Source: Fimbriosthenelais zetlandica (taxonomy: Eukaryota). Taken from it: DNA of 64,000 bases. The stretch covers positions 21,266,001 through 21,330,000 of the forward strand of contig OZ365113.1 of NCBI GenBank assembly GCA_977030845.1. Reading direction: 5' to 3'. The notes under the pieces are model-generated. The model made no database searches. It was not told where the DNA came from and worked only from the letters and a program-made list of their open reading frames with translations. A program made the position numbers and the translations under genes. Shown here in pieces: positions 38,301 through 50,810 of the stretch (within the stretch, counting starts at the first letter, position 1; each line of letters begins with the position of its first letter).

Positions 38301-39808
38301 GATCATCGGGAAACCATCCTTTCTAGGCTCTTGTTTGAGTAGAAGCATTGACAGAACAAACAAGAAGGCCATGCTCTCCCATCTGCCCTTCTCCCCTCTA
38401 CACTGTCTAGTTTGTGATTGCCAATATAGACCAGGGAAGGTGGAGGAAATCCCTGTGGGAAAAGGACATGGATCAGCTTTGGGAGGAAAGGATCAAACTC
38501 TATTGACCTGCGTCACATTGTTCTCATTCCACAATACAAATATACAGCTTCTCTCTACAGCAGACCTGGATAAAGCTGGTCTGGATCTTAAAAATGCACT
38601 CAGCATTTTTAGGAAGGAAGATACAAGCTTCAATCACTATTGTTTAAGTAATTGTATTCCTTACCATAACTCTTCTCAATTTATATCGCAGCTTTTTGTG
38701 GGATGAGAAGAGAAATCTGAGATATCGTTCCCATGTATAATGCAAGCGTGAGATAATTTATACACAATCAGATAGCCAGCCATATGATAAAGGGTTATAA
38801 ATGCTGGTGTATACAGAACCGCCTGTAAACCAAGGCATATCCATCGATCAAATGGCTGTAAATGTACTAACACAGGCAAGATAGGCAGTCTAAGCGGCGG
38901 TCCTGCCAACAGAGGCGCCATCTGAGGTGATGTAGTGGAAATAGCCAGACAAGAGAAATTATATACATCATTATAGAAGACGGTGGTCCTGATTTATAAC
39001 CAGAGATTTTATAGCCGTTATAAATATCAATTAAAAATATTATCAGTGTAATTAGGCCTAAATATATCTGAAGTAAAAATAGAAATAATGATGCTGGATC
39101 ATATAAAGGCATTCGTTAATTAACATACTTCAGGTCGCTGTGGGTGTGGGAAATTGGGTATATTTAAGAAGAAATGAAAATATGTGATGTAACAGATAAT
39201 ACAATTTAAAAATTTGCAAAAAGCTTCCAGCTAACTTGGAATTTGGGATTTAAGGATTTCATTTTATACCGCACAAAGGAATTTTGCATAATTATATTCA
39301 AACTTGTAACCTGTAAAACACTAATTTGTCAAACCACCTAAATATTTCAAGCGCATAGTATTATCAAGTCACTGGCCATCCTGAAAAGTTGGGCTAAGTG
39401 TAAGAGGACAGTTATCCATTTCATAGAATACTGCCACCTAGTGAGATGCCGGAGCACAATTATAAAACGATGAACGACTGATGAAGACAAAAACCCTATT
39501 ATATGACGATGTATAGGTGTCACTGCTAAAGGCACAGGGACGGGCACAGTACAATATTCAAAACACACAGAAAACACAGTACATGTAGTAGCACATAATA
39601 GTACAAAACAAGCACACTTTTCCGGAGAAAAATAAAATCTCTGCTATCTATCTCTTCTATTTAAAAATCTGATATATACATAGAACCGACCGAGGTTTGG
39701 GACGGGGGCCATATCAACACCGCCGAGGGGCTAGGTATTGACTTAATTTATATGTGCTTAGCCAACATCTTAATTAATAAATTATGATAATTATGATAGA
39801 ATACTGAC

Positions 39809-39953
39809 CTTCACCAGTAGTAGCCATAGAGGAGTACTTCATGGCGTGGCCCATGATGGGACATTGCTTGGCGTAACCCAGCAACTGGGGTGCGAAGCGG
39901 CGTAGATGGTTAGTGGGCACCTTGGTGAGGAAAGGACAACAGAGGGCCTTCAT
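39809..39953 (-). CDS. ALAS: 5-aminolevulinate synthase, first coding exon (mitochondrial presequence with heme-regulatory motifs 1 and 2); exon spans 39958-39809
   Basis: Reverse strand translates to MKALCCPFLTKVPTNHLRRFAPQLLGYAKQCPIMGHAMKYSSMATTGE, matching the ALAS presequence pattern CPFL..P...L......LL.YA..CP.M (compare vertebrate ALAS1 [31 protein letters not shown], from memory). Polypyrimidine/CAG acceptor at 39959-39961, context gaaccATG, donor AAG|GTCAGT in phase 1. Too short for the ORF track. Confidence 0.9.
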
Positions 39954-41429
39954 GGTTCCTGGAAAGAGGACAAAGAAACATCACCAATATGTACAAACGT
40001 TTAGTTCTTTGATTAGAATATTGAAACGACAGGTATGAATAGAACCTGAATGACATGTAGTCTCTGAAAATTAGACATAAAATTAATTTCTACATAAATG
40101 CTTACCTAGGAGAAAGTTTATGCCAATATTCATCTTGAATGAATTAAGTATATACATAATGCCGTCACCAAACAATAGTTATTAGTGAAGAAACAAAATG
40201 ACGGAATCATTAAGGAGTGTCAATAGTATGTACAAAGTCCTTGTCAGAGTATAAATAATAATAAATATCGCAGATAATATCCTAGAAAATATATTATAGG
40301 ATTATCCAAAATATATAATATATCAAGTCACTCAGTTATAGGGCTGAGCTTATCCCGAAAAACTCTGAGCTGAGTCTCCAAGAGGCAAATCCAATTACAA
40401 ATAATTAATAATATTATGTGATTTCCACCAGTTTCAGGCAGTATAATTAGAGATCTGCGAGTTGTTAGGAGAGTAGAAGTGCTATAAATGACTAGTTTGA
40501 TCTTTTGGTCTCCTTTGATTTGAGTGTGATAACCATCACATAAATCAATTCCGTGATGACTCCCATCCTTGAAGTTCAACCAATGAGAGTTCAAGAAATT
40601 TAAGTAAAACCATGGAAGGCGGGGTGTGAAAGTAAGAGGTACGTGCCATATTTAGCATTGTCCTCGGCTCGAAAATTTTCCCATATAAATCTACTTAAAA
40701 TGTTTCAGTTAAACCACTGCAAAAATGTCCAAACTTTATCCAATTTTCCATTGGTGACCTATGGTATATTATAGGCTTAATCATAAAATGACTTTTTTAA
40801 CACTGCAATTCTGTCCAGTGTACATTTCTTTTTTCAAAGGATATACTGAGAAAACCTCCTTACACTGTCCAGGATTCAGCTCCCACGAGCAGCTCATGAG
40901 GTGCTCTTAAGAGGTCACATCAACAAACGTGCGGGCGAGCACCCGTTTTACATCACCATGGTTAGAGATAGAAACCCATTGTTTAAACCATGCATTGACC
41001 TATACTGCCGTAAATTTCCATATGTTCGCACATATAATTTGCGCAGGGCCAGGAGATTTTAATTCAAGATCATAATAAAATTTGTATTCTTTCCATATAT
41101 AATACCACCTACATCTAAGGTTCGGAAGCAATTCTACAATCCCCGAGTAAATTAAATGCATTTTCTTCGGCTGAAAGTTTTCAGTTCTGGTACGCATAAG
41201 GCAATTGTCATCCTCTGACAACCAACTAAAAACTAGAGATTGTCAGAGATCGGCAATTGGTTTTTGAAAATCTGGAAAAGGTTGCCAGTTGTTGGCAAGT
41301 GGTTTTCAGGGCATTTTGGGTCAGCTGCAGGTTTAGTGCTGCATAATGAACCCCCAGCCAACTAAACTGCGATAAGTAGGGAGTAGGTCTGCATTCAGTT
41401 GCTGACAACTCTCAGACTGCCGTCTCGGG

Positions 41430-41524
41430 CTAGGTTTGTGAGGGTTAACCTAACCCTAACTTTTAAACCTAGGTTAACCCTAACCCTAGCGCAAACGCAG
41501 AGCCGGCTTCTGTATGGCTCTCGG
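41430..41524. mobile_element. Probable non-autonomous interspersed element with telomere-like (TAACCC) units, inverted repeat and short hairpin
   Basis: ctaggttt (41430) and aaacctag (41465) form an inverted pair around agggttaacctaaccctaac; further taaccctaaccctag; then agagcc...ggctct hairpin. Family not identified. Confidence 0.35.
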
Positions 41525-44500
41525 CGAACTTTAAGAGTTAAAATTCATGGGGAAGTTGCCAACTATTTGCCAACATTTCCACGACTATCACAATTTTGTT
41601 ATGATGGTACTATTTCCATAATAGATAGATATAAGGCTAGAGAGATCCTAACTCAAATTTGATATTTTATCACAAGTAAATCATTAATGTATAAGTCTCT
41701 ACGGGTACCGGTACATGATTGTCGTTTTTTTCTCGGTTCTATTAATCAACAGTCTACCCATCATTAGCACGTCAAGCTGACACACAAAAGTCACCAGTCA
41801 ATATTACGTTGGCTTAATATTAAGAGGTCAGGCGAGAGGGTGAGCACTATGAAAGTGCTCAAGGGAGGAAATGGGCAGATCCGAACAGTGGCCACGAGGT
41901 TTTGATCACGTACGCATCTCTACAGAATATAATGTGGTACAGGGGGTAGAAAAGGCATACATAGCAAAGACAATAAATAAATCAGATATTTTTCGTTATC
42001 TTCTACGGACTTATAATGGGGGGCTATATCTAATATAAATCCTTCATTGGTGACAATATTTGGACAACTTTAGGGACTTTTAGCAACAATAGTATACTCA
42101 ACTATTCTTGCTTTTAGTTTCACCCTTATACAATAATTGGATGGTGATATTTTCTGGATTTTCTTGCGATATAACTTTTGCAGTAAACTAGTTAATTGTG
42201 CAGAAAGTAATTTCGATCTGGCATTTGACTTGTATTTGAGTTCAGACCCCTTGATGCACAGCAGTGTAAATTAAACCAGATTAAACTCGGTGAGACCGAT
42301 GCAATGTGTGTGCACATATAATCTTCAGCTTTCATGGATAAACCAAAAATGATCAGGAAAAGTAGAATACATTCTGACTTCAAGGAGTCAATACCCTACC
42401 CAGACACGGTGCCTGGTATACAGATCATTTTACAATCTGTTTATATTCAAAGAATCACTCGTTTGTACACAGAACACTCTTCTAGTCAGGGATTGGCAGA
42501 TTATGGAGAAATATGCATTCATATTTTCTATGCCCCCGAACCTATATATAAAATTTACTTCCCACGGTAGTCGTGCTCAGGGTGCTGCATATATTAAACA
42601 CCAGACAGGGTGTCGAGCAAGATAAATTAGTGTCAGTTTTTTCATGAACATTTGACGTTAAAAATATGTCTAATTGTTGCATTTGAGCAGCGGTAGCAGT
42701 CTAGACAGGGTAAAGTACTGTAGGGTTGATAATATAAAAGGATTACATTGACAATTTGTCAGAAGGTTCAACCATGAAAAACGCAGCAGAATCTAGGGCG
42801 AATAACTCGGGAATATTTCGCGAATTGAAAATGGCCGCGAGTTACACTTTAAAACTCATAAGCCCGTTTTATAATAGTTTTTCCCCTAAACAAAATCGGA
42901 CCAATCATTCACAGCTAGATTCCGAATAATTGACAATTTGAAATCAGAAGTGCCTTAGATCTATTTACTTTGAATTTGGATAAGCCCTATTTATTTTTTA
43001 CCGTATTTCATTTTATAATTTGCTATATAATTTTGAGAATAATTTGTTGAACTTTGGTCTCCACAGAATTAGGTTACAAAATTAGTGTTCCGTACGTCCC
43101 ATAGATATAAAAAAATATTCCATCTCAGCCAATCAGAGCGCATAGACGGCAATTCTCACATTCCATTGTGACATGTTCTATGTGTTATTGCATAAAAACA
43201 CATGAAGAAATTTTTATACACGAAACTTGACAAACAAGTTTTCATAAGGAGATACGGCACTCGAACAAAATGCAGGACTGTGATTCCTTGCTCCCAAAAA
43301 ATTCAGTTTTCGGGCGCTAAGGAGGTGGGGAGCCCTATCAATGGAGCGCTATCAATGGTATTTCTTAAGTTCAATGGTTTGTTTATTTTTAAACCCTGCC
43401 CAGTCAATATATCCAACCTTCCCTTCCACAAAATGTATATTAATTATGATAGTGTACACATCAGGACTTCCACACACACACATATATATAATATATATGC
43501 TATTCCATATCTTGAAAATTAATGCAATGACAACGCTCATCTGCTGGGCTTTAAATTAAATACACATGAGTTATCGGGCCTTTTCATCAATTCGCAGATT
43601 TTTCATCATTCGCGGACCTCGAAAAGCGCACCGAGCCGTTTATAAAAGCTACAAGTAAACAATTAACTGAAACTATGAACTTCTCAGTTAAACAAACCCA
43701 TATATACTGAATCAGAGTACAGGTACAATCAAATCCAATAGGCCTCCAGCATTGCCCTCAAGGCATGCTATAATATATACGGGACAATTAAGGTTTTCAT
43801 TCTGATTTTGAGACAGAAACTTCATTCATAGGCCAAGGCTTCATAAACTTGAAATTATTTATCTTTAACCTAGATCATTGAGTGACAGATTAACAAAGCA
43901 TCCAAGCATTTTTAAATGCTATTACTGGAAGTCGCACGGGAACAATGCGCTATGAACTGTCACTGTGACAATTTTACGATTTGAATTTTCAATGATCAAA
44001 ACTACATGTATATGAAAAGACTTGAAATGTATGTTGACAAGACCATTGACCCAACAAAAGAACTGTGCCGCAAGATACAAAGACAATAATTTCCATAGAA
44101 AGGCATTCATGATTATACCAACCGGGCAACACACAGTATGAGATTTCAAGCGGAAATTAAATGAAAAATGATGACACAAATTAATATCGGTCTATCGGAA
44201 TATTGAAGAAGTGAACTTTCTATATTGTAAACACTCTCACGTGGAGTTAAGGTAATGTTTTTCGGAACTAACCTGCGGAGAGCGAGTTGGAGCTTCGGAG
44301 GAACATGGTGGTTCTGCCAACCGATGTTCACAGTACAGTACCAAATGATGGGAGGATGGAGATGTACGCTACTTATATACTACATTCAATCACTACCGTA
44401 AATCACTATCTAAACAAACCTGAGCTGCCTCTTACCCTTTACAACCTATTTTCTATCTACATTTTGTATTATACTATGTACAGATGTACGAATACAAATC

Positions 44501-45887
44501 TTTAAAAAACTGAGATACTTTAGGCTTAAAACAAAGTTTGTTATCCAAACATTACATAATAAGACAGATGAGTTGACCTTTGTGGGGGTTATTTCTATTA
44601 GAGGATTTACGGCAGGAAAAGTGTCCTGTCGAGGCAATAGCTTGGTGGGTGAGCAGCACTATATTTAATTATGGATATGAAGGGGGTTGGGGCAACGTGC
44701 CCACATCCACAGAGGAGTAAAAGGTTTTTTCCCCCTTCAGCTGGAAGTCATTTGGTTGACCATTGAACCATTATTATATTGCCCCCCAAAAAATATTATA
44801 AAAGTGGAAAAGAAAGCGAGTGCAACAGATGAGTGATAGCCAAAAAATATTATTTATGTTGTTTTAACACCATATAATAAATAAACCAGATTATGGACAC
44901 AGCCCTGGAATCAAGCTAAACTTGGTTTTATCTTACAATCTAGATTCATACTCCGGAACCATTGAGCAATTATGAACGTGAAAAAACGAACTTGGAACAT
45001 GGCAACATGTCAATACATGTATATTGTTGTCACAGGATCTGAGCTTAACATTATATCGATGAACGATCATTTGGAATATGATGGAATTATTGGCGCCTAC
45101 AACGAGACAGCTTACTGAACAATAATTTTGTTTTTTGAGGAATGAAAAAGTTAAGATCAAACCCTGTGCTACATACTATAATATGTACCTGGGTGGGTGG
45201 GTTAGGAGAACAATATGTGCATGCCTGGCATTCTGCTTTCACTGCTGGGATATTGACATCGTGCTTATATACATCTGGGTCGATGGAGGAAAGTTTAAAC
45301 AGAGGATAAAGCCTTCATCCGTCTATTCCCAACTTATACACATACCATCATATACTCGCATGCAAAATGTATGTTCACATGTCTATTATACACATAGTCC
45401 TACCTTAAAGGAGAGAAATGGCTTTTCATGAAAGCATATAAAGTCGTATTGTGTTAGTTGGAATATCTTTTAAAGAATGTCACAAAATGATAATTTGGAA
45501 TTTAATATTTCCATAGACATGACTATGATATTTCTTGAATAACGGCAACTGATATACATCAAGATGTCCGTTGTCTAACCTTTATTCACAGCCTTGATTT
45601 CAGAGTAACAGGTTTCTCACACATTAATATATAAATAGTGGACGCAGTTACACAAGACCAGTTATTCTATGTAACATGTATGTACTGTGGTGTGGGTGGG
45701 ATCGAAAGACTATAGTATAAAACCATAGAGTCCTCCCATACTTGTTTACACGTTCAACTACAATAGTTCTGACATGCATCTTGAACATAGATCTGCACTG
45801 TGCACACATAACCTTCTGATGCAGGTTGGTTATATAATTAAATTTAAAGTAATTGATAGTAATTTAAGAGACAAATACAGCACATAC

Positions 45888-46003
45888 CTTGGAATTAGAT
45901 GTATCAAAGAGGGAGGATCCTTGATCTGAGAGGGATGAGTGTACGGTGGGGATCGGGTTGAGGTGTGGTTGATCTAGTTATTCTCCGAGAAGCACCAGAG
46001 TGA
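45888..46003 (-). other. Candidate non-coding (5' UTR) cassette exon of ALAS
   Basis: Pyrimidine-rich acceptors giving exon starts at 46003 and 45925, donor AAG|GTATGT at 45888, no ATG inside. Lies between the putative first exon and the ATG exon. Confidence 0.3.
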
Positions 46004-46905
46004 CTGAGAGATGGATTGACTTATGAAGCAGAGGAAGGAAGCTAATGTATGTGACCTGAAAGAACCATGTCATAAAGGACAGGACTTAGGTAAAAGACCC
46101 TTATGAAAGTAAAATTGTTATTAGAAATACATCATGTGCAAGATGTAACATGAAACAGTTATTACACTGTAATAATAGGGAGTGAAAAATTAATTAAAAG
46201 TTAGATAACAGTTATAACTCGTAAAAGCATAGTCTGACAAAAGTATATAATTTCAAGATGTACTACTATATTTAGGTAAGGGTAGGGTGTGTGTTCTCAA
46301 ATCACACTGGCTAACAAATAATTGAGTAAATATACCGTATCCAACCTGAGATAGATTTACTGTATGAATACAAATTTCAGAATGACTTTTCCAAGCTTAA
46401 CCCAGTTCACCAGTGAAATATCTTTTTGAATATAATTCAATAGAAGGCCCACATTTTTTCAATGGACCCGCATCACAAAATTATAGTAAATGACACTCTC
46501 TTTAATTATTTTACGAAATATAACTTGCTTGCTACGCATTTAGCACATTACTGCCAACAAAAGGGATTATATTTCAGTAATTTTACCTGACGGTAATATA
46601 ATGTATAACACTACTGCCTATATAACGTTTAACTGGTGAACCCCAAAGTCAATATAGTTTCATTAAATAATATGCAATGTAATGTAACACTAACACTCTC
46701 TATGATATAAGTGGTTCATTTGTGATTGAAGTTACGAAGCTATAAATTGAAGTTGACAATTAGGCTACAAATTGATGATGTTAAAGAAAGAGAGTGCAGC
46801 CATTTTCAAATTTGAAAACTTCAAAGACTTTTAAAGTATTAAAGTAGGGAATTTTCTACCCTTTCTCTAATCTATACAGGACAAATAGAGAGATTTATGG
46901 CTTCT

Positions 46906-46929
46906 GGGGGGGGGGGGGGGGGGGGGGGG
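46906..46929 (+). repeat. Poly-G tract (24 G)
   Basis: Seen directly; further runs at 47128-47145 (18 G) and 48632-48644 (13 G). Confidence 0.9.
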
Positions 46930-49900
46930 CTACGTGTAAGAGACACTTCCAGCAACTTGGATGAGGCCAGGTGAAGTAGACACAGGTAGAAACTGGCCTT
47001 GACTTCAAAGCAATACAGGTAGGCCAGAAGCGTCACATGTGATCATAGACACACACAGGTTGGAGATTGGGATTAAATGGTGGAGTCAGGGATAAACCCA
47101 GCAGTGATGTGATTGGTCTTCTGGGGCGGGGGGGGGGGGGGGGGGAGCAGGTAGGCTTTGGCCTTGGGTGGAAGGGTTTACAGCGAGAGAGAGGATTGAC
47201 GTTTTTGGGAGAGGGGGGAAGATGGGGCCTTAACACCTGGTTGAAAGATGTAAGACATGATTTATAAACTGTAGAAATTATTGCCGCAATTAAAATAGTC
47301 AAGACAGTGATTTCCTCAAAGAAGTAAAAAAAAATCACGAATGTCGTACTTTTAGTCCATCTCTAAACTCTGGGTTTTTTATAATTTAATTACAGATAAT
47401 GTCGCAAATTAGGTCAGCTGCTCCCGTCCTTCCCCTCCATTCCTGATCACATAAATGTTTTTACTCCTCCAAGGAATAACATTAACCAAACCAACAAGTA
47501 AAACAAATTATGAAACTCATAGCAAGCATATCAATTAAAAACATGAAATTTTCTGGTTAAAAAAAATGAAAGGAAAGCCACATTCATATCATCCTGATTC
47601 CATTACTTTATAGTTTTGATTCAAGAACCATATATATGCATGACGAGTTCGTGACAATGTCTTATCTATTACAATTCTAAGAATAAAATAGGGGTAAGAT
47701 ATACTCAGTGGGAGTTGACCGGAAGGTATTTTTGAAAGTGGAAAATATATTCTCAACTACATAATTAAATACTATCGATTTTAACCACTGTGTCCTGGTC
47801 TGGATTTCAATGGATAAATCAGCACCTAATATTGTAACAAGTTAAAAGATATCAGATAAGTGAGGACCCGATTCTAATAAAAAGTGACAGAAAATCCAAC
47901 AACAATGTGATTATAATCCACCACGTGTACTAGTATTTCCTCCAGTATCTCGTTTGGCCAGTCACTGCAGCAGACCACACAAATCAAACAGGCAATTTGT
48001 AACATTGTAACAAGTTCAGACTTTTCAATTAATATATCTGGCTCTTCTTATCGGGCAAACTTTTGCACTCATTTACTTACATAAATAAGACATTACATCA
48101 TCACGCACATTTTTTTTTTCATTCTTCCCTCCTCATGATCCCACCCCCTGTCCTAATTCTATCTGATCAACTTACATGTAGGCTACATGTAATATCTTGG
48201 GTCTTTTATCATTAAAAGAAATTGTCTTTTCCTTTAAAAACGACTCACTTACACAAAGAAAGTAAACGTCAGCCTCAAGTAAAAGGACTGAAGAGAGTTA
48301 TACCACTGACTGCTTTTACAGGTGAAATGTTAGTTTTTATGGGAGGTTACCTGGTTAAGTACGCTTTTCACGAGGAAACCAAGGCAATACTCCCTCAGTC
48401 GATATATATCGTGCAGGTAAATTACGGTACTCAATATTGACTTAAGGCTATATATTAGCCTTCGGTTCCCCCTGCGCCTGCGGATGGGGAAATAATAATG
48501 GTTTTAGAGGACTTGCAGGAGATAGAATTGGCTTGTTTCCCATCTACACAGATTGGTTGCTAGGCAACATCACAATGACATCCTTCTAAGGCACCGATAT
48601 TTCATTAATTAGTAAAGGGGAAATGCGGGCCGGGGGGGGGGGGGAATCTTATCATTGCCTTGTTCTTGTCATTTCTTTTCTAGTGCCCTACCCCGCTTTG
48701 GACGTTGGCGGGCATGCGCCTCCTCAGACTCATGTCCCGAATTTGGTTTACATAAAATTTTATGGTTCATAATATGGCCTGGTGATTTATGTTAGCTGTT
48801 TACCCATGTCAAACTGGTTAGACCCTGTGTAGCTTGCCCTCAATCTTACCAGTAATTATGGTATTTTTGAGTGCATGTTTTACCATTTATCATTCAATTC
48901 TATATCTTCACCTTTACAATTACAGCTAATACTTGGTTGTACGTTAAGTATCTCTCTTAGTTTTATTTTTGTAGTTGCTCTTAAGGTTTGTGACTGACAA
49001 TGTAGTAGAGCACCCTCCAGTTGTGCACACTCTCTTTTTCCTATCTTTTCGTTTTTACACGAAAAATGTCCCAAGGAGTAATTTTGGGAACCGTTTTTTT
49101 TGTTTCTTTTTTTAGAATAGACCTGTTCGATATAAAATTAGAAAGAGCACGAATCAGTAAATTTTTAAAAGTAAAAATCATGAGATGCACGAGCACTTTT
49201 CATGTCACCTCCTATCTACTGAGTTATTTCTATTGAACCGTCATTTTATTTTTGGGACAAAACTTAAAAACTTTGGAGAATAATATTGTCCGTGGCGCCA
49301 CACTGGGTACGGTATTAGACAAAATATTCGCCTTGGGACCAATCCCGCTATGTGACAGATATGCAGGCTAGAACGATATTAGTGGCGACCCCTGGGGTAA
49401 ACTAAACAAAATGAACCTATAGTTTATACATGGAGGCAGGCCTACACACATACCGATAGGTAAGCTAAACACAAAAGCATTATTATAACCTTTGGATCAA
49501 TTGGCACGATAGTTCGAGAATTATCATGCCAACCATAATTTGTTGAGGACAAGTAAAACTTGAAATAGACTATGGCATATTTTTTAATTTTTTCTAATAA
49601 CAATATTTTAAGGGAAGGATATCATATGAACTTGAGAAAATTTGCGATTATAAACGTCATAAATATTGTAACGAAGAAGACTCATGATGACAGTGCAGAA
49701 AATATAATCGACTAAAATACATATATATGCTGGCCTCGTGCTGACGCATGGATCTATACATTATAGAAAGAACTCGTTGCGCATGATATAAGATCAGGGT
49801 TAACGACTGGATGGGGAATTTGAATGGGGAGTGGCTGGCCTGCCAACTCAGCCAGCAAATGTGGGAGGAGTTCCAGTGGACTGAGTAGTTTTGTATTTTC

Positions 49901-50695
49901 TTGATTCAAATTTAAAGCATTTTTTCAATGTGATTAAACAGATAGAGAACATTGTCATTGCTTTTTATTAATATTAAATTTAATTCAAAGAATTGGGCCT
50001 AAGTGGCTAAGACTACTGACTAGTATTAAGACATTTAACTTTAAGTGCTGGCAGAAATATGAATGTTATAATTTGAGGAAACCTCCAAGTGGAGGACTTT
50101 TGAGGTAGAAGTGGAAGTAAAATCTTAACAATTATATCTAAGCCTTTCCAATTCCAGGTCAATTTCCATGGTTATGGGGGTACTAGTAGTATCCTAATTA
50201 TTAATAGCTTGGACAGACTCAGAGACAGAGCCAAGTTAGAGGCGAGTTCTCTACAATCAATATTAATTATTAGTAATATTAGTACTACTAGTACTAGTAG
50301 TAGTACTACTAGGCCTAGGGACGGATACTTCCCGGGTTGTACCGGTACTTGTAGAAGTTGTTATCACAGGCGAAAAAAGATGTTTTGACATTTAATTTAT
50401 ACCGGCGTAACATTATGCACTCTAGTCAATGAGAACGTGTATAAGCAGGGACAGCTGTCCCAAACCAAGGGGCGGGAAGCTCACTGTCAGTGACACTCGG
50501 ACACTCCCACTCCGACGACGACAAGTCCCACTCACCACTGTCTCAACTCAACTTCTTTCTGAAGAGTGCTTGCATGTGTTCCATAATAACGTGACAATAA
50601 TGACCTACCACACAATGACTAACCTTAATTTACCCCGTACAAACTACATACACCCAATACCACTACATATATTTATTATTCAAAGTTTCACTTAC

Positions 50696-50775
50696 CTGAA
50701 ATTGATTTTTAGGAGTGGTGCCCTTGCACTGAGGGCGACTCACGTTCGATCCCTGTCTCTTATAAAACAGGAAGT
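50696..50775 (-). other. Putative untranslated first exon of ALAS (5' boundary uncertain)
   Basis: Consensus donor CAG|GTAAGT at 50696/50695, no ATG in the exon, adjacent to TATA/Inr-like and ETS/CRE motifs, 10.7 kb upstream of the ALAS ATG exon, which starts with a splice acceptor and so needs an upstream exon. The link to ALAS is inferred. Confidence 0.55.
50715..50743 (-). promoter_or_regulatory. Iron-responsive-element-like hairpin
   Basis: Minus strand GUG A GU C GCCCU CAGUGC A(A)GGGC AC CAC: CAGUGC loop, 5-bp upper stem with one 3' bulged A, unpaired C five pairs below the loop, lower stem GU/AC plus GUG/CAC. Confidence 0.5.
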
Positions 50776-50810
50776 GACGCAGAGCACAAGCCACAACTTT
50801 TAGTTTATAT
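50730..50810. promoter_or_regulatory. Dense, probably bidirectional core promoter (ETS/CRE composite plus TATA/Inr-like pairs on both strands)
   Basis: Plus: TATAAAA 50761-50767, CAGGAAGTGACGC 50768-50780, Inr-like GCCACA (A at 50793). Minus: TATAAAC from 50809 with Inr-like GTCACT (A at 50775), and TATAAGAG from 50764 with TCAGT (A at 50730). Confidence 0.5.

Noticed and set aside
38676-39112. ORFs 38676-38921 and 38867-39112, and the acceptor at 38922, as ALAS exon candidates
   Set aside because: In the ALAS phase the acceptor gives DGASVGRTAA-stop with no good donor. The hydrophobic ORF reflects AT-rich composition.
50283-50302. 20-bp palindrome tactactagtactagtagta
   Set aside because: Built from low-complexity TAG/TAC units; explained by slippage.
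50744-50753. GTTCGATCCC, a Pol III B-box / tRNA T-loop match
   Set aside because: No T-stem, cloverleaf or upstream A box; a similar isolated match near 35790 fails the same way.
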